A DNA stretch of 64,000 nucleotides, taken from positions 11,923 to 75,922 of IMG/VR virus record IMGVR_UViG_3300024331_000231; one strand, written 5' to 3'. The DNA is from a virus. Its lineage: Duplodnaviria > Caudoviricetes. A program made the translations under genes and the position numbers. The notes below the pieces were generated by a model that ran no database searches, was not told where the DNA came from, and saw only the letters and a program-made list of their open reading frames with translations. Of the stretch, positions 40,220-48,949 are shown piece after piece (within the stretch, counting starts at the first letter, position 1; each line of letters opens with the position of its first letter).

Positions 40220-40939
40220 ATGGCTACCTCTTCAAACCAATTCTCACTGAACATCTCCGATTTTTTAAAGGGCCTCGCCGTTGCTGCCCTGAGCCAGCCC
40301 GTATTGGTCATCCTGACCAGTCTTTCGGCCGGACATTTCGACATAAACTGGACCGAACAGTGGCACCTGGCTGTCTCTTCCGGAGCGGCGTATTTGATCA
40401 AAAATTACTTTTCAGGTCCCAAACCTCCCGCCTCCTCCAACACGGGAATAGCCGGAAAAGTCGTAGCGCTCGTTATTGTCCTGTCGCTTTTAGGGCATCT
40501 TTGCAAGGCGCAAAGCATGTTCAAACCGCTGCCGGTATATACCAAGCCAGTGGCAACGAACCGGTTTTTTCGTACGATCTTGCCGACAGATAGCCTGCCT
40601 TCCATCAGTAAAGGAAAGTTTCAGGGTTTCCGGTTCTCTGGGCCCGATCTGGCCTTTGCGATCCCCGATTTTTCACTCTACACAGGCCTCGGCATCGATT
40701 ATGTCTGGGCTACTGCCAATCCTGCAACGGGAAAATGGGAATATACCACCACGATCGGGCCGCGGGTGTACGGAGGGGCCAATCTGGGGGCGCCGACAGT
40801 CCGGGCCATTGGGGCGATAGGTATACGGCTGACGCTTTTTAAGGGCTGGTTGGCGCTAGGAGCGCTTTATAATCTTACCTTGAAAGAAACGCAGGCTACC
40901 ATGGGCAACCCGGCGGCCCTCATCCCGGGATTAAACTAA
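40220..40939 (+). CDS. holin-like N-terminus fused to a beta-strand-rich domain
   Basis: LNISDFLKGLAVAAL...GAAYLIKNYFS is holin-like; third hydrophobic segment ends LCKA then Q; amphipathic beta strands follow. Confidence 0.6.
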   Translation: MATSSNQFSLNISDFLKGLAVAALSQPVLVILTSLSAGHFDINWTEQWHLAVSSGAAYLIKNYFSGPKPPASSNTGIAGKVVALVIVLSLLGHLCKAQSMFKPLPVYTKPVATNRFFRTILPTDSLPSISKGKFQGFRFSGPDLAFAIPDFSLYTGLGIDYVWATANPATGKWEYTTTIGPRVYGGANLGAPTVRAIGAIGIRLTLFKGWLALGALYNLTLKETQATMGNPAALIPGLN

Positions 40940-41049
40940 TGAAACGCAATCCCAAAGACACGTTGTTTTTTGCGGTCGTGGCTATTGTTGTCACGATCCT
41001 ACTAATTATTGCATTTTTAGTAGTATTTTATAAACTCGCAGAATCATGA
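40939..41049 (+). CDS. 36-aa single-TM peptide
   Basis: Not in the track. MKRNPKDTLFFAVVAIVVTILLIIAFLVVFYKLAES; TAATG and ATGA coupling at both ends. Confidence 0.6.
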   Translation: MKRNPKDTLFFAVVAIVVTILLIIAFLVVFYKLAES

Positions 41050-41474
41050 ACAGCAAATTGCTTGAAATCGCGCTGGCTTATTACGGGCTCACCGAAGCGC
41101 CTGGAGCGGCGGATAATCCTATTATTCTTTCTATGGCTCAGGAGTGCGGGTTCACCGACTACAAACACGACGACATCGCCTGGTGCTCTCTTTTCATGAA
41201 CTGGATAGCTTTAAAAGCAGGTTACCAGCGGTCCAATAGTCTCATGGCTCGCAGTTGGCTGGGCGTGGGGCAGCAAGTCGCTATTTTATCAGCAGCCCAC
41301 GTGGTCGTTTTATGGCGGGGATCGCCCGACGGTGCAGAAGGGCACGTTGGACTGCCGATCACCCAGCGAAATGGCCTAATTTACATCCTGGGAGGAAACC
41401 AGGGCAACCAGGTCTCTATCGAGGGCTTTGATCCGGCCCGGGTTCTCGGCTTCCGCCAGCTTTCCCCCATTTAA
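41046..41474 (+). CDS. endolysin, NlpC/P60-CHAP-like (TIGR02594-type)
   Basis: DDIAWCSLFMNW (catalytic Cys), SLMARSWL, GHVG (His), LGGNQGNQV. Confidence 0.8.
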   Translation: MNSKLLEIALAYYGLTEAPGAADNPIILSMAQECGFTDYKHDDIAWCSLFMNWIALKAGYQRSNSLMARSWLGVGQQVAILSAAHVVVLWRGSPDGAEGHVGLPITQRNGLIYILGGNQGNQVSIEGFDPARVLGFRQLSPI

Positions 41475-41493
41475 CCACCCAAACGCTTGCCTC

Positions 41494-41616
41494 ATGCATA
41501 CGCTATACGTAATTTTAGCCACCCTCATCGTCCTTGCCGTCGGATTTGTCCTGCTGGCCGTGTCCAGCAAAATGACAGAACCCGGCGATAACGAGCGTTT
41601 TCCTAACGACGAATAA
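41494..41616 (+). CDS. 40-aa single-TM peptide
   Basis: MHTLYVILATLIVLAVGFVLLAVSSK...; directly after the endolysin. Confidence 0.55.
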   Translation: MHTLYVILATLIVLAVGFVLLAVSSKMTEPGDNERFPNDE

Positions 41617-41650
41617 CCTCTGTTTCGGAATAAGGATACTTGCACCCAGC

Positions 41651-41677
41651 GGAGCGGTTTTCTAACCGCTCCTTTTT
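41651..41677 (+). terminator. intrinsic terminator ending the late/lysis operon
   Basis: GGAGCGGTT/AACCGCTCC stem followed by TTTTT. Confidence 0.8.
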
Positions 41678-41725
41678 ATTTTAGTCTTTTTAGTTAAATT
41701 AGTTATAATTCCCTATTTTCACGCC

Positions 41726-41950
41726 ATGGAAATCCAATTGCACAATACGACTAAGATCGTAACGATCAATGGAGTACCGGGCCAATTATGGGAAGGATTC
41801 ACCTCCAGCGGCATCCGGATTTTTGCTTTCATTGTACGCATTGGTGTTGAAGAAGGTGCTGACTTATCCTAATTTGAAGAAGAACTGCAGGCCGTAAGTG
41901 CGCCGGCCCCAGATTTAGGAGCAATTGATATGCGGTTTTTCATTGATTGA
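41726..41950 (+). pseudogene. small phage gene interrupted by an in-frame TAA
   Basis: MEIQLHNTTKIVTINGVPGQLWEG...GADLS-stop-FEEELQAVSAP...FFID; TAA at 41870-41872; coding-like sequence continues 25 codons in the same frame. Confidence 0.65.
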
Positions 41951-41977
41951 TTTACTCTAACCTTAAATAAAAATTGT

Positions 41978-42277
41978 ATGGAACAACCTTTTACTTGGGA
42001 CCCGGAAAAAGATACCATGTGGGAAGCTTTGGGCATTACAGAAGAACGGTATAAAAAAATGAATTGGCAGATGAGTCTTGCGGTCCATCGATTTAACGAG
42101 CCTACAGAAGAAGGGGTGATCGAAATTGAGCCAGCGAAAGCAATCCGTACTTTTCTTGATTTGGGTGAGACCTTGGAAGAAAAACTATTTGCAGCATACA
42201 GAGCTGGACGATATATCCAAGAAGAATTGCAGGAGGCTCGAAATCCAATTGCATCACATTTAAAAGGCGTGAGATAA
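41978..42277 (+). CDS. hypothetical phage protein
   Basis: 99 aa, A-rich leader, TAATG coupling to parB. Confidence 0.6.
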   Translation: MEQPFTWDPEKDTMWEALGITEERYKKMNWQMSLAVHRFNEPTEEGVIEIEPAKAIRTFLDLGETLEEKLFAAYRAGRYIQEELQEARNPIASHLKGVR

Positions 42278-43095
42278 TGCCGGCGAAACCACTTGCAAAA
42301 GACGAGCGGAACAATTTCTTTTTTGTAGATTCGCGCCGGTTAATTATAGATGAAGACTATATTGAGCGCGAAGATTTCGGCGACATAGGAGCGATCGTAA
42401 AGTGGATAGAAGCCAACGGGCTGCGGAAATTAAATCCGCTCCGGTGCTACAAGAAAGGGGAAAACTGGGTCATCATCCGGGGACACAGAAGGCATAGAGC
42501 CATAAAGGAAATTGAAGTCAAAACGGGCGCTCTTCAAATGGTGCCTATTTTTGTGGCCAATAAAGGCGAAAGCCTTGAACAGCGATATTTTGAACAAGCC
42601 ACGGAGAATGATAGCAAGGCCTATACTCCTTGGGAAAAAGCCAAGGTGTTAAAAAAAGCCCGAAGTTTTGGATGGAGCGAAGAAAAAATGATAGAGGAGT
42701 CCGGCTGGTCCGACGTATATGTTCGGCGGTTGTTATCGTTAGCAGACGCACCCCAAAAACTGATCAATCTAGTAAGGGAGGGCACCGTCTCCGGCACGTA
42801 TGCTATGGACGTGATTGCCGAAGGACCTGAGTCCGTTCAAGAGTTAATTGCTAAGGGCGAAGCCAATTTACTCCCCCCCACCAATCCTGAATTATTTGAT
42901 CAACCAATCCCTCCGAAGCCCGCAAAAATCACCAAAAGCGATTTACGTCCGAATTCCATCAAAATCTTTAAAAAATGGGCGCCCCAGGTAGATGTAAAAG
43001 AAATGTCCCCCGAAAAGGCAAAACTTTTCAAATGGTTGCAGAAATTGCTGGAGGGTGAGCTAACAGAGGAAGATTTCAAAAAATTCTTTCGTTGA
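42277..43095 (+). CDS. ParB/Srx-like protein with HTH
   Basis: IIRGHRRHRA (GxxRxxA), ENDSKAYTPWEKA, HTH region GWSDVYVRRLLSL. Confidence 0.75.
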   Translation: MPAKPLAKDERNNFFFVDSRRLIIDEDYIEREDFGDIGAIVKWIEANGLRKLNPLRCYKKGENWVIIRGHRRHRAIKEIEVKTGALQMVPIFVANKGESLEQRYFEQATENDSKAYTPWEKAKVLKKARSFGWSEEKMIEESGWSDVYVRRLLSLADAPQKLINLVREGTVSGTYAMDVIAEGPESVQELIAKGEANLLPPTNPELFDQPIPPKPAKITKSDLRPNSIKIFKKWAPQVDVKEMSPEKAKLFKWLQKLLEGELTEEDFKKFFR

Positions 43096-43139
43096 TGATA
43101 CTTCGGGTCGACTCGTAGTTTGCAAGGTGGCGCTCCCCA

Positions 43140-43694
43140 ATGTGGGAGCGCTTTTTTACAAATATGATAACGGAAAGGCAATATAAAATCTTACTGGCGC
43201 AGGCCCAAGAAATGGTTGAAGGTTCATTTCTTTGCGCAGTGGATATCTTGCACGACGCTATTTTGGAGCACGAGGTCCCCACTTTGAAACAGCTAAAAGC
43301 ATTCATTTACCGCGAAATTTTTAGGGTCCGCTCCTTAACCCCAGTCGGGTATCTCGACCGCCAACAGAAGCCGAAAACACTTTTCAAGATGTGCAGTGGG
43401 TGTAAAGAGCCGCTTCCATATTCCGCTTTTTATACTAGTCCCCAGGGTAAAGTAGCCGGTCGCTGTGATCCTTGCATGGCCCTTTATCATGAACAATACA
43501 GGCGTAAACATCGGCTGAAAATTCGCTCGGATCACAGCAAATGGCGGAAAAATAATCAGCGGTCTATCAGGAGGAAAAACAGGACCTATTATAAAAAAAA
43601 TGCCAGTCGACTTCGTAAAAAAGCAAATGATTATTACCAAGCTAAAAAAAAGGGCGGAAAATACGAAGGATACAGCAGCGACAAAATTAAGTAG
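43140..43694 (+). CDS. Zn-ribbon basic protein (HNH-associated CxxC...CxxC type)
   Basis: KMCSGCKEPLPYSAF...CDPC followed by a very Lys/Arg-rich tail. Confidence 0.55.
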   Translation: MWERFFTNMITERQYKILLAQAQEMVEGSFLCAVDILHDAILEHEVPTLKQLKAFIYREIFRVRSLTPVGYLDRQQKPKTLFKMCSGCKEPLPYSAFYTSPQGKVAGRCDPCMALYHEQYRRKHRLKIRSDHSKWRKNNQRSIRRKNRTYYKKNASRLRKKANDYYQAKKKGGKYEGYSSDKIK

Positions 43695-43858
43695 ACTAAA
43701 AAAGTAAAGTCTGTAATAAGAACACTTAGCAAAATGATCATCCAAATAGTATGCATTTTGCGGTCTTTGTTCAGTTGTCGTATAAAATCATCTTCTATGG
43801 GCAAACGGCTTTCAGTGGTACGCATGATAGGTGGTTTGTGGCATGAAAAATCAACCAA
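43634..43858 (-). CDS. small membrane protein
   Basis: C-terminal hydrophobic segment; last gene of the leftward block. Confidence 0.45.
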   Translation of the reverse strand: MVDFSCHKPPIMRTTESRLPIEDDFIRQLNKDRKMHTIWMIILLSVLITDFTFLVYLILSLLYPSYFPPFFLAW

Positions 43859-44033
43859 TTGTCTCCAATGTCTTGGTAATAATATCCCTTACGGCTTTAT
43901 GGTCCATTGGCTGATCCGATAAGGCCAGTTCCTGTATCTTCGCGAGCGCTAGCATTAATATCAGATTGTCGTTCAACGTCTTGAGATGTTGGATATCTTC
44001 TAGGGAGACGGTCTGTAATTCCTCGGTGGTCAT
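43851..44033 (-). CDS. hypothetical phage protein
   Basis: 60-aa helical ORF in the leftward operon. Confidence 0.55.
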   Translation of the reverse strand: MTTEELQTVSLEDIQHLKTLNDNLILMLALAKIQELALSDQPMDHKAVRDIITKTLETIG

Positions 44034-44045
44034 ATAATGGTAGGT

Positions 44046-44624
44046 TTAAAGATCCTTGAACAAAAGCGCTTCCAGCATCTTGGCGCGGTGATAGCCATTT
44101 TTCAGGGAATAGAACGTTTCGGTAGCCGCATCCCAGCCAGCAAACTGTCTCATTGAGTCGCGGTATAAAATGAAATGCGTCGTAGGATCGATCCCGGTTT
44201 CCTCAGCAATGTCGGCTATTACGTTTTCAATATCGTTGGTGACCGACATGCGGCCTAAGTTCAGGTCGCGGATAAAGAGTATTTGCTGTCCGTGCAACTC
44301 CCCTATTTTGTACTCAAAATCTGCCTTGGATCTCTTGGGCGGTCTGACCTTCTCAAGTTCGATATAGCCTTTTTGCTGCGCTATTCTCAACACGGCAGGA
44401 GTGATGAACATTTGAACCTGTGCCTCAGTGGGGCGAATGAAATTGTCTCTGTGTTCGACATATTCTTCCCCGTCTGGGCCTATCCATGCAAATTTGCTGC
44501 CCGTTATCTCTTTACTGGCCGACTCTGAAAGAAGCCAGACAGACGAAGCTAAAGGTCCGTCAACCGCTAATCCTATATGGTGGTAACGGTCGATCACAAA
44601 AGCGAGGAGATTATTGATTTTCAT
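44046..44624 (-). CDS. hypothetical phage protein
   Basis: Likely start MKINN at 44624, overlapping the upstream stop; C-terminal DLNLGRMSVTNDIENV is a recurrent phage motif. Confidence 0.6.
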   Translation of the reverse strand: MKINNLLAFVIDRYHHIGLAVDGPLASSVWLLSESASKEITGSKFAWIGPDGEEYVEHRDNFIRPTEAQVQMFITPAVLRIAQQKGYIELEKVRPPKRSKADFEYKIGELHGQQILFIRDLNLGRMSVTNDIENVIADIAEETGIDPTTHFILYRDSMRQFAGWDAATETFYSLKNGYHRAKMLEALLFKDL

Positions 44625-44829
44625 TTGTTGAGGTTGAAGGTGAATATACTTCGGTTTCGAGGATAGGCCAATCAGGGGGAGCAGTTCGGCTCCAGTAAGG
44701 ATATGGACCTGCCATTCCATTAGCTGCGTCTATATCGATTACCTTATACCAAGTGCCTTTTCTCCATTTTCGATAGGCTCTGAGTCCTGAGAAAACATTG
44801 TCAAAATACCACTGAAAAAAGCGTTTCAT
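44611..44829 (-). CDS. hypothetical phage protein
   Basis: 72 aa, Trp/Tyr-rich; stop overlaps the next start. Confidence 0.5.
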   Translation of the reverse strand: MKRFFQWYFDNVFSGLRAYRKWRKGTWYKVIDIDAANGMAGPYPYWSRTAPPDWPILETEVYSPSTSTNENQ

Positions 44830-44845
44830 ATGGCGATGGTTAAGA

Positions 44846-45085
44846 TTAAATTTTGGGAACGTCGATTTCTTCGGATTTAAGGATGGTTTTGGACGTGAAG
44901 GAAGCAGGGTCGGCTTTCACCATATCGTAGTATTTCTCTGCTTTTTCGCGGGTTTCGGTCTCTTTCTGGGTGGTGAAGCCGTCCACCACGTTTCCGACGT
45001 GAAAAGATTTTTCACGGCCTTCTATCCGCACGATGTACCAAACATCTCCGGCGGTATCCTGTTCCTTGCTGAGTTCTAGTTTCAT
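44846..45085 (-). CDS. hypothetical phage protein
   Basis: 79-aa ORF with an A-rich leader. Confidence 0.6.
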   Translation of the reverse strand: MKLELSKEQDTAGDVWYIVRIEGREKSFHVGNVVDGFTTQKETETREKAEKYYDMVKADPASFTSKTILKSEEIDVPKI

Positions 45086-45109
45086 GACTATGGGTTTTGA
45101 GTGAAGGGT

Positions 45110-45541
45110 TTAAGAAGGGAGGAAATACAATTCAATGGTTTGTTCGTGCGCTCTATAGAGATTTTCCGGATTCAGCCAGTCTGAGGCGCGGCCATCTTCT
45201 GGCAGCAATCCGACAGTATCTACTCCGTCAGTAATAGCATGAAATAGACGTCCGTCACCCAAAACAATCTCCTCGCCTACGCCTGGCATAGATGGAAAAA
45301 AGCCCCTGAATAGGTCCCCAATATGGGTAGACTTTCTTGTCTCAATGATCTTTGCAATCAATTGCCCCTTGTTGCCTGCCATATTCTGAATGGTTGCTAC
45401 ATTCAAATTAGCTCCCTTACAGACAGTTTTTTCAGTAGAATCCTCATTGTAAACGCCAATACTCCCATATCTATCTGAAACCCGTTCCATTCTAGGCCAA
45501 GAAAGGGAACCCATTCCGATTAAAATTGCATTTGTATCCAT
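45110..45541 (-). CDS. hypothetical phage protein
   Basis: 143-aa ORF. Confidence 0.6.
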   Translation of the reverse strand: MDTNAILIGMGSLSWPRMERVSDRYGSIGVYNEDSTEKTVCKGANLNVATIQNMAGNKGQLIAKIIETRKSTHIGDLFRGFFPSMPGVGEEIVLGDGRLFHAITDGVDTVGLLPEDGRASDWLNPENLYRAHEQTIELYFLPS

Positions 45542-45604
45542 AACAATAGTTGTGTTTTTACTGCCGAAGGCCCGGTATTACCCGGGCTGTCCAGCTATTG
45601 AGGT

Positions 45605-46150
45605 TTACGCATACCAGCTTTCATATTGTTTTTTGCCATTCCAAAGATGAGCACGAGAACACTCCGTTACCTTAATCCATTCACTTGCCTTTCTTTTGAT
45701 GACCTCAGCCCGGAATTTGATATCTTTGGTGGCACGTGTTGTACCTGCCATCGAGCTATACCCTTCTGATTGACGGCTGGTCTTGTTCATAGGCAGCAGT
45801 TTAACCGTTTTGGCGGTCATTTCCACCACTACATAAAAATCGACATTGGTCTGCTCATAGCCCCACGAAGCCACCAGAATGGCCCCAATTTCCAATTGTT
45901 GGGCTGGGTGCGGATCTATGCCGCTATATTTGGCAATGTTTTCGGCCTCAAGCGTGTCGTAGGTGACTTTTTCCTTACAGCGGCCGTAGATGTATTCTTC
46001 GTTCTGGTTCTCAAATGGCAGTTCTTCGCCAGCCAACCGGCGGTTAACTCTGTCGGTCACTTCATTTTGGTTGGGCATGAAATATTCCATATCCCAGTGG
46101 CTGTTATTAATCAGGGGGATAATTGTTCCGACGGTGAATAGAGTAGTCAT
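45605..46150 (-). CDS. hypothetical early protein (SWGYEQTNVDFY family)
   Basis: IGAILVASWGYEQTNVDFYVV motif, recurrent in mobile-element early regions; function unknown. Confidence 0.6.
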   Translation of the reverse strand: MTTLFTVGTIIPLINNSHWDMEYFMPNQNEVTDRVNRRLAGEELPFENQNEEYIYGRCKEKVTYDTLEAENIAKYSGIDPHPAQQLEIGAILVASWGYEQTNVDFYVVVEMTAKTVKLLPMNKTSRQSEGYSSMAGTTRATKDIKFRAEVIKRKASEWIKVTECSRAHLWNGKKQYESWYA

Positions 46151-46174
46151 GTGTTTAGTTTTTGTGTTTAGGTG

Positions 46175-46351
46175 TTAATTATTTGCAGAAAGTATTTTGG
46201 CTGCTGTTTGTGCCGGGGACAGGGCGAGCCCCCACGATTGCGCCATGTAAAAAGGCTGAGCTTCTACAATCCCCGCCGCGACTCCGTAGGTGCAAGAGAG
46301 CGCTGCGGCTATTATTTTAGTTACGGCTTCTTCCCAGTTGTTGTAGTCCAT
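46175..46351 (-). CDS. 58-aa hypothetical early protein
   Basis: Not in the track. MDYNNWEEAVTKIIAAALSCTYGVAAGIVEAQPFYMAQSWGLALSPAQTAAKILSANN; first gene after the promoter. Confidence 0.65.
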   Translation of the reverse strand: MDYNNWEEAVTKIIAAALSCTYGVAAGIVEAQPFYMAQSWGLALSPAQTAAKILSANN

Positions 46352-46370
46352 GGTGTGATCGTTTGTTATG

Positions 46371-46422
46371 TAAAGGTACTCAACTTTGTGGACTATCCAA
46401 ATATTTCGTTAGTTATTTTAGT
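46371..46422 (-). promoter_or_regulatory. Bacteroidota sigmaA-type promoter, copy 1 of a 46-bp duplicated element
   Basis: Minus strand TTTG-N19-TACCTTTA; 46377-46422 is identical to 49207-49252. Confidence 0.8.
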
Positions 46423-46450
46423 GAAATTAGTCCTTTTTAAGTGAAACTAC

Positions 46451-46741
46451 TTATTTCTTGACCAAGGTAATATCGAGTTCCGGGATATACCACAGTTCAA
46501 ATATAAAGGTCCGCCGCCCTTCCACAAACCGGGTGATCCGGTGGCACAGGGTATTGAGCTTAACGCCTTCCAAGGCTGCTTTTTGGGCTATAGTGGTCCA
46601 AACGGCTGTGTCTATGGACAGAATGCGGCCGGGTTGCTCCTGGTGGACAAAAGGCCTTAATTCCTGTCCGTATGGGGTCTCAAGATGCTCGGCTATTCTT
46701 GTGCCTATGGTGGTGATCCCGGTCTTGCGTTGTTTCGTCAT
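46451..46741 (-). CDS. hypothetical phage protein
   Basis: 96-aa ORF. Confidence 0.55.
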   Translation of the reverse strand: MTKQRKTGITTIGTRIAEHLETPYGQELRPFVHQEQPGRILSIDTAVWTTIAQKAALEGVKLNTLCHRITRFVEGRRTFIFELWYIPELDITLVKK

Positions 46742-46758
46742 AAAAGTTCAATGCTTTA

Positions 46759-47097
46759 CTATATTGAATTGAGGATGCCCGGGGTAGCCTTGTCAATAGC
46801 TTCGTGCATTTGAATAATAAGTTCCACAGATAGACTCTCGCCGCGGGGCGATTTGAAGATGTTCAACAGCGCAGAATACAAATCCGGGGCTGCTGCTATT
46901 AAATGAGCATTAGCCAATGCCGAAACATTAGGAGTTAGTCGATTGGTAAATTCGTCGTCTACTCGCCCAATTTGAACACCGTCTTCGCCGCTAATCAGAT
47001 AGGGGGCAATCGTATCTAGCCACAAGTCTTTTCCTATTGTGCGGTCCGTTACGGTTATTACTTGCCACGGCCCCGGAGTGAATTTCGTTTCCATCAT
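46759..47097 (-). CDS. conserved phage early protein (TPGPW...ANA.LIAAAPDL family)
   Basis: FTPGPWQV...ANAHLIAAAPDLYSAL. Confidence 0.75.
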   Translation of the reverse strand: MMETKFTPGPWQVITVTDRTIGKDLWLDTIAPYLISGEDGVQIGRVDDEFTNRLTPNVSALANAHLIAAAPDLYSALLNIFKSPRGESLSVELIIQMHEAIDKATPGILNSI

Positions 47098-47157
47098 GTA
47101 TTAGTTTGAGAAGATAAAAAATAGCCGGTTCTCAGCCCTCCGGCAATAGGCTAATGG

Positions 47158-47865
47158 TTATTCACTTAGTCGTCCGATGACGTCCCCGCCATAAGCGTTT
47201 TTAGTTAGTTCAATAAATTGCTCTACGGTCATGGTGGATTTTATATCTATTGCATTCTGAAACACCCACATATCCTTTCCAGACTTGCAAGAACCGGTCA
47301 AAAGAGAATGCCAATCGTAAAACAACGCCGCTGCATACGGAACTCCTTTCTTGAATTTAGCTTTAAATTGTTCTATTTTTTCTTCTACGGTCTGGGAGAC
47401 CATCCATTTTGCTTCTACTTGATCTACGGCCTCCTTAAGAGTATACCCATGTGCAAAAAGGCCATATCTCTTTGCAACGTACATCCTTTTTTTGCCAAGC
47501 GAGGCCGTATCGATCACTTCAACTAACGCGTACTCCTCTTTTATTGACTTAATGACGCAAGGGATGCCGTCAATGTAATGAACGGGCGCTTTTTCGTATG
47601 ATTGAAGTTTAATTTTATCACCGTCGCCGGAGCCGTCGCCGTCGCCGTCGCCGTAGCCGTCGCCGTAGCCGGAGCCGGAGCCGTAGCCGGAGCCGGAGCC
47701 GTAGCCGGAGCCGTCGCCGTAGCCGGAGCCGGAGCCGTAGCCGGAGCCGTCGCCGTAGCCGTCGCCGTAGCCGTAGCCGGAGCCGTCGCCGTAGCCGTCG
47801 CCGTAGCCGTCGCCGTAGCCGTAGCCGGAGCCGGAAAGGAATTGTTTAATCTTTACTGCTTCCAT
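47158..47865 (-). CDS. Gly-X (GYGDGSG) repeat protein
   Basis: About 35 G-[Y/D/S] dipeptides, then a globular domain with FAHGYTLKEA and HSLLTGSCKSG. Confidence 0.75.
   Translation of the reverse strand: MEAVKIKQFLSGSGYGYGDGYGDGYGDGSGYGYGDGYGDGSGYGSGSGYGDGSGYGSGSGYGSGSGYGDGYGDGDGDGSGDGDKIKLQSYEKAPVHYIDGIPCVIKSIKEEYALVEVIDTASLGKKRMYVAKRYGLFAHGYTLKEAVDQVEAKWMVSQTVEEKIEQFKAKFKKGVPYAAALFYDWHSLLTGSCKSGKDMWVFQNAIDIKSTMTVEQFIELTKNAYGGDVIGRLSE
47618..47834. repeat. hexanucleotide tandem array (GGCTAC/GGCGAC/GGCTCC on the minus strand)
   Basis: Direct inspection: continuous GCCGTA/GCCGTC/GCCGGA units on the plus strand. Confidence 0.95.
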
Positions 47866-48152
47866 ACGGGAACGTCATTAATGATGGCTAATGCTTTTTC
47901 GGACACGGGATGACTTTCAACTACGTTATGGATAGTTGACAAATCATTTTCTCCTAATTGGACGGAGAATTTACATCCGCGTGGATTGGAGACGCCTTCT
48001 TTTGCAATCATGGATACGTCTAAGGCTCCTGACCAATAATAGAGGCGGCGAAGGGAATTGACCGTATAGGTATCGCCTTCGGTAGATTGAATACGGCATA
48101 AGAAAACGCCTGCTTTTTCAGCACGTACAATGTGGAATTGATCCTTTTTCAT
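47853..48152 (-). CDS. DUF6948-like protein, partner of the Gly-X repeat gene
   Basis: IVRAEKAGVF...RRLYYWSGA..VS.IAKEGV motif. Confidence 0.65.
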   Translation of the reverse strand: MKKDQFHIVRAEKAGVFLCRIQSTEGDTYTVNSLRRLYYWSGALDVSMIAKEGVSNPRGCKFSVQLGENDLSTIHNVVESHPVSEKALAIINDVPVWKQ

Positions 48153-48176
48153 GTTTTGTTTTATTTGTGTGTTTGA

Positions 48177-48401
48177 TTAGAGATTATCCTGAATAACGAT
48201 GTGGTCTATATCTGATCCGCTGCCAAATTTGTCTTTATAGACGGATCGGTCGCCGTCCTTCAAATGATAGTAGTCGCCTTCCAGGTAGAGCTGGTAGGCT
48301 CCTTTTTGTTTGTTCTGACGGTAGTTTTGGTACAGGGAAACGGCCAGCACGAGGCCAAGGATTGCGATAATTGCATTCTTTTTCATGTATGGGGTGTTCA
48401 A
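48177..48401 (-). CDS. small membrane-anchored protein
   Basis: N-terminal TM IIAILGLVLAVSLY. Confidence 0.55.
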   Translation of the reverse strand: MNTPYMKKNAIIAILGLVLAVSLYQNYRQNKQKGAYQLYLEGDYYHLKDGDRSVYKDKFGSGSDIDHIVIQDNL

Positions 48402-48865
48402 TTGATTACCTTATTCAATCTGTGAAATGGATTTCCGGTAGCAATAGCTGCCTTATTGAACGCCCTTGCGGCTTCTTCTTCAGTTGAATACACTCCGAGG
48501 TATTTCCACTTACCATCGATGGTGATATAGGCTTGCCATTTGTTTTTCCAACGAGATACTCCCAGATATTGTGACTTTCCTCTAGCTTTTCGATTGTTAG
48601 CATTTTGTGAATTATTACACAATCGTAAGTTATTGCGTTGATTGTTGAGCCCGTTACCATCGATATGATCTACTTGTATTTTTGTTTGAGTTACTTGTAA
48701 GATAAATCTGTGCAAATACACTTCTTTATTTTTTATTTGCGCTCTACAATAAATGATGCCATTTTTCTTTAAAATATACCAGCCATGTTGCTTCACCCTT
48801 TCGTAGTCCTCCTCACTTATGATTGCGACATGGCCGCTTTTTAGCTTTAACTGGCGAACGCTCAC
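48398..48865 (-). CDS. HNH endonuclease with an AP2 DNA-binding domain
   Basis: LHRFI...VDHIDGNGLNNQRNNLR, then YLGVSR..NKWQAYI...YLG.YSTEEEAARAFN. Confidence 0.9.
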   Translation of the reverse strand: MSVRQLKLKSGHVAIISEEDYERVKQHGWYILKKNGIIYCRAQIKNKEVYLHRFILQVTQTKIQVDHIDGNGLNNQRNNLRLCNNSQNANNRKARGKSQYLGVSRWKNKWQAYITIDGKWKYLGVYSTEEEAARAFNKAAIATGNPFHRLNKVIN

Positions 48866-48949
48866 AAAAGAAAGATTTAGTAGGTTATTTTTTTGCCACC
48901 AAAGCCCCGGACCGTAATAGGCCGGGGCGTCCAGCGTTTTTCGATTGGG

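Noticed and set aside
47602-47913. Ala/Val/Gly repeat ORF on the plus strand
   Set aside because: Antisense reading of the GX hexamer array; open only because the repeat lacks stops.
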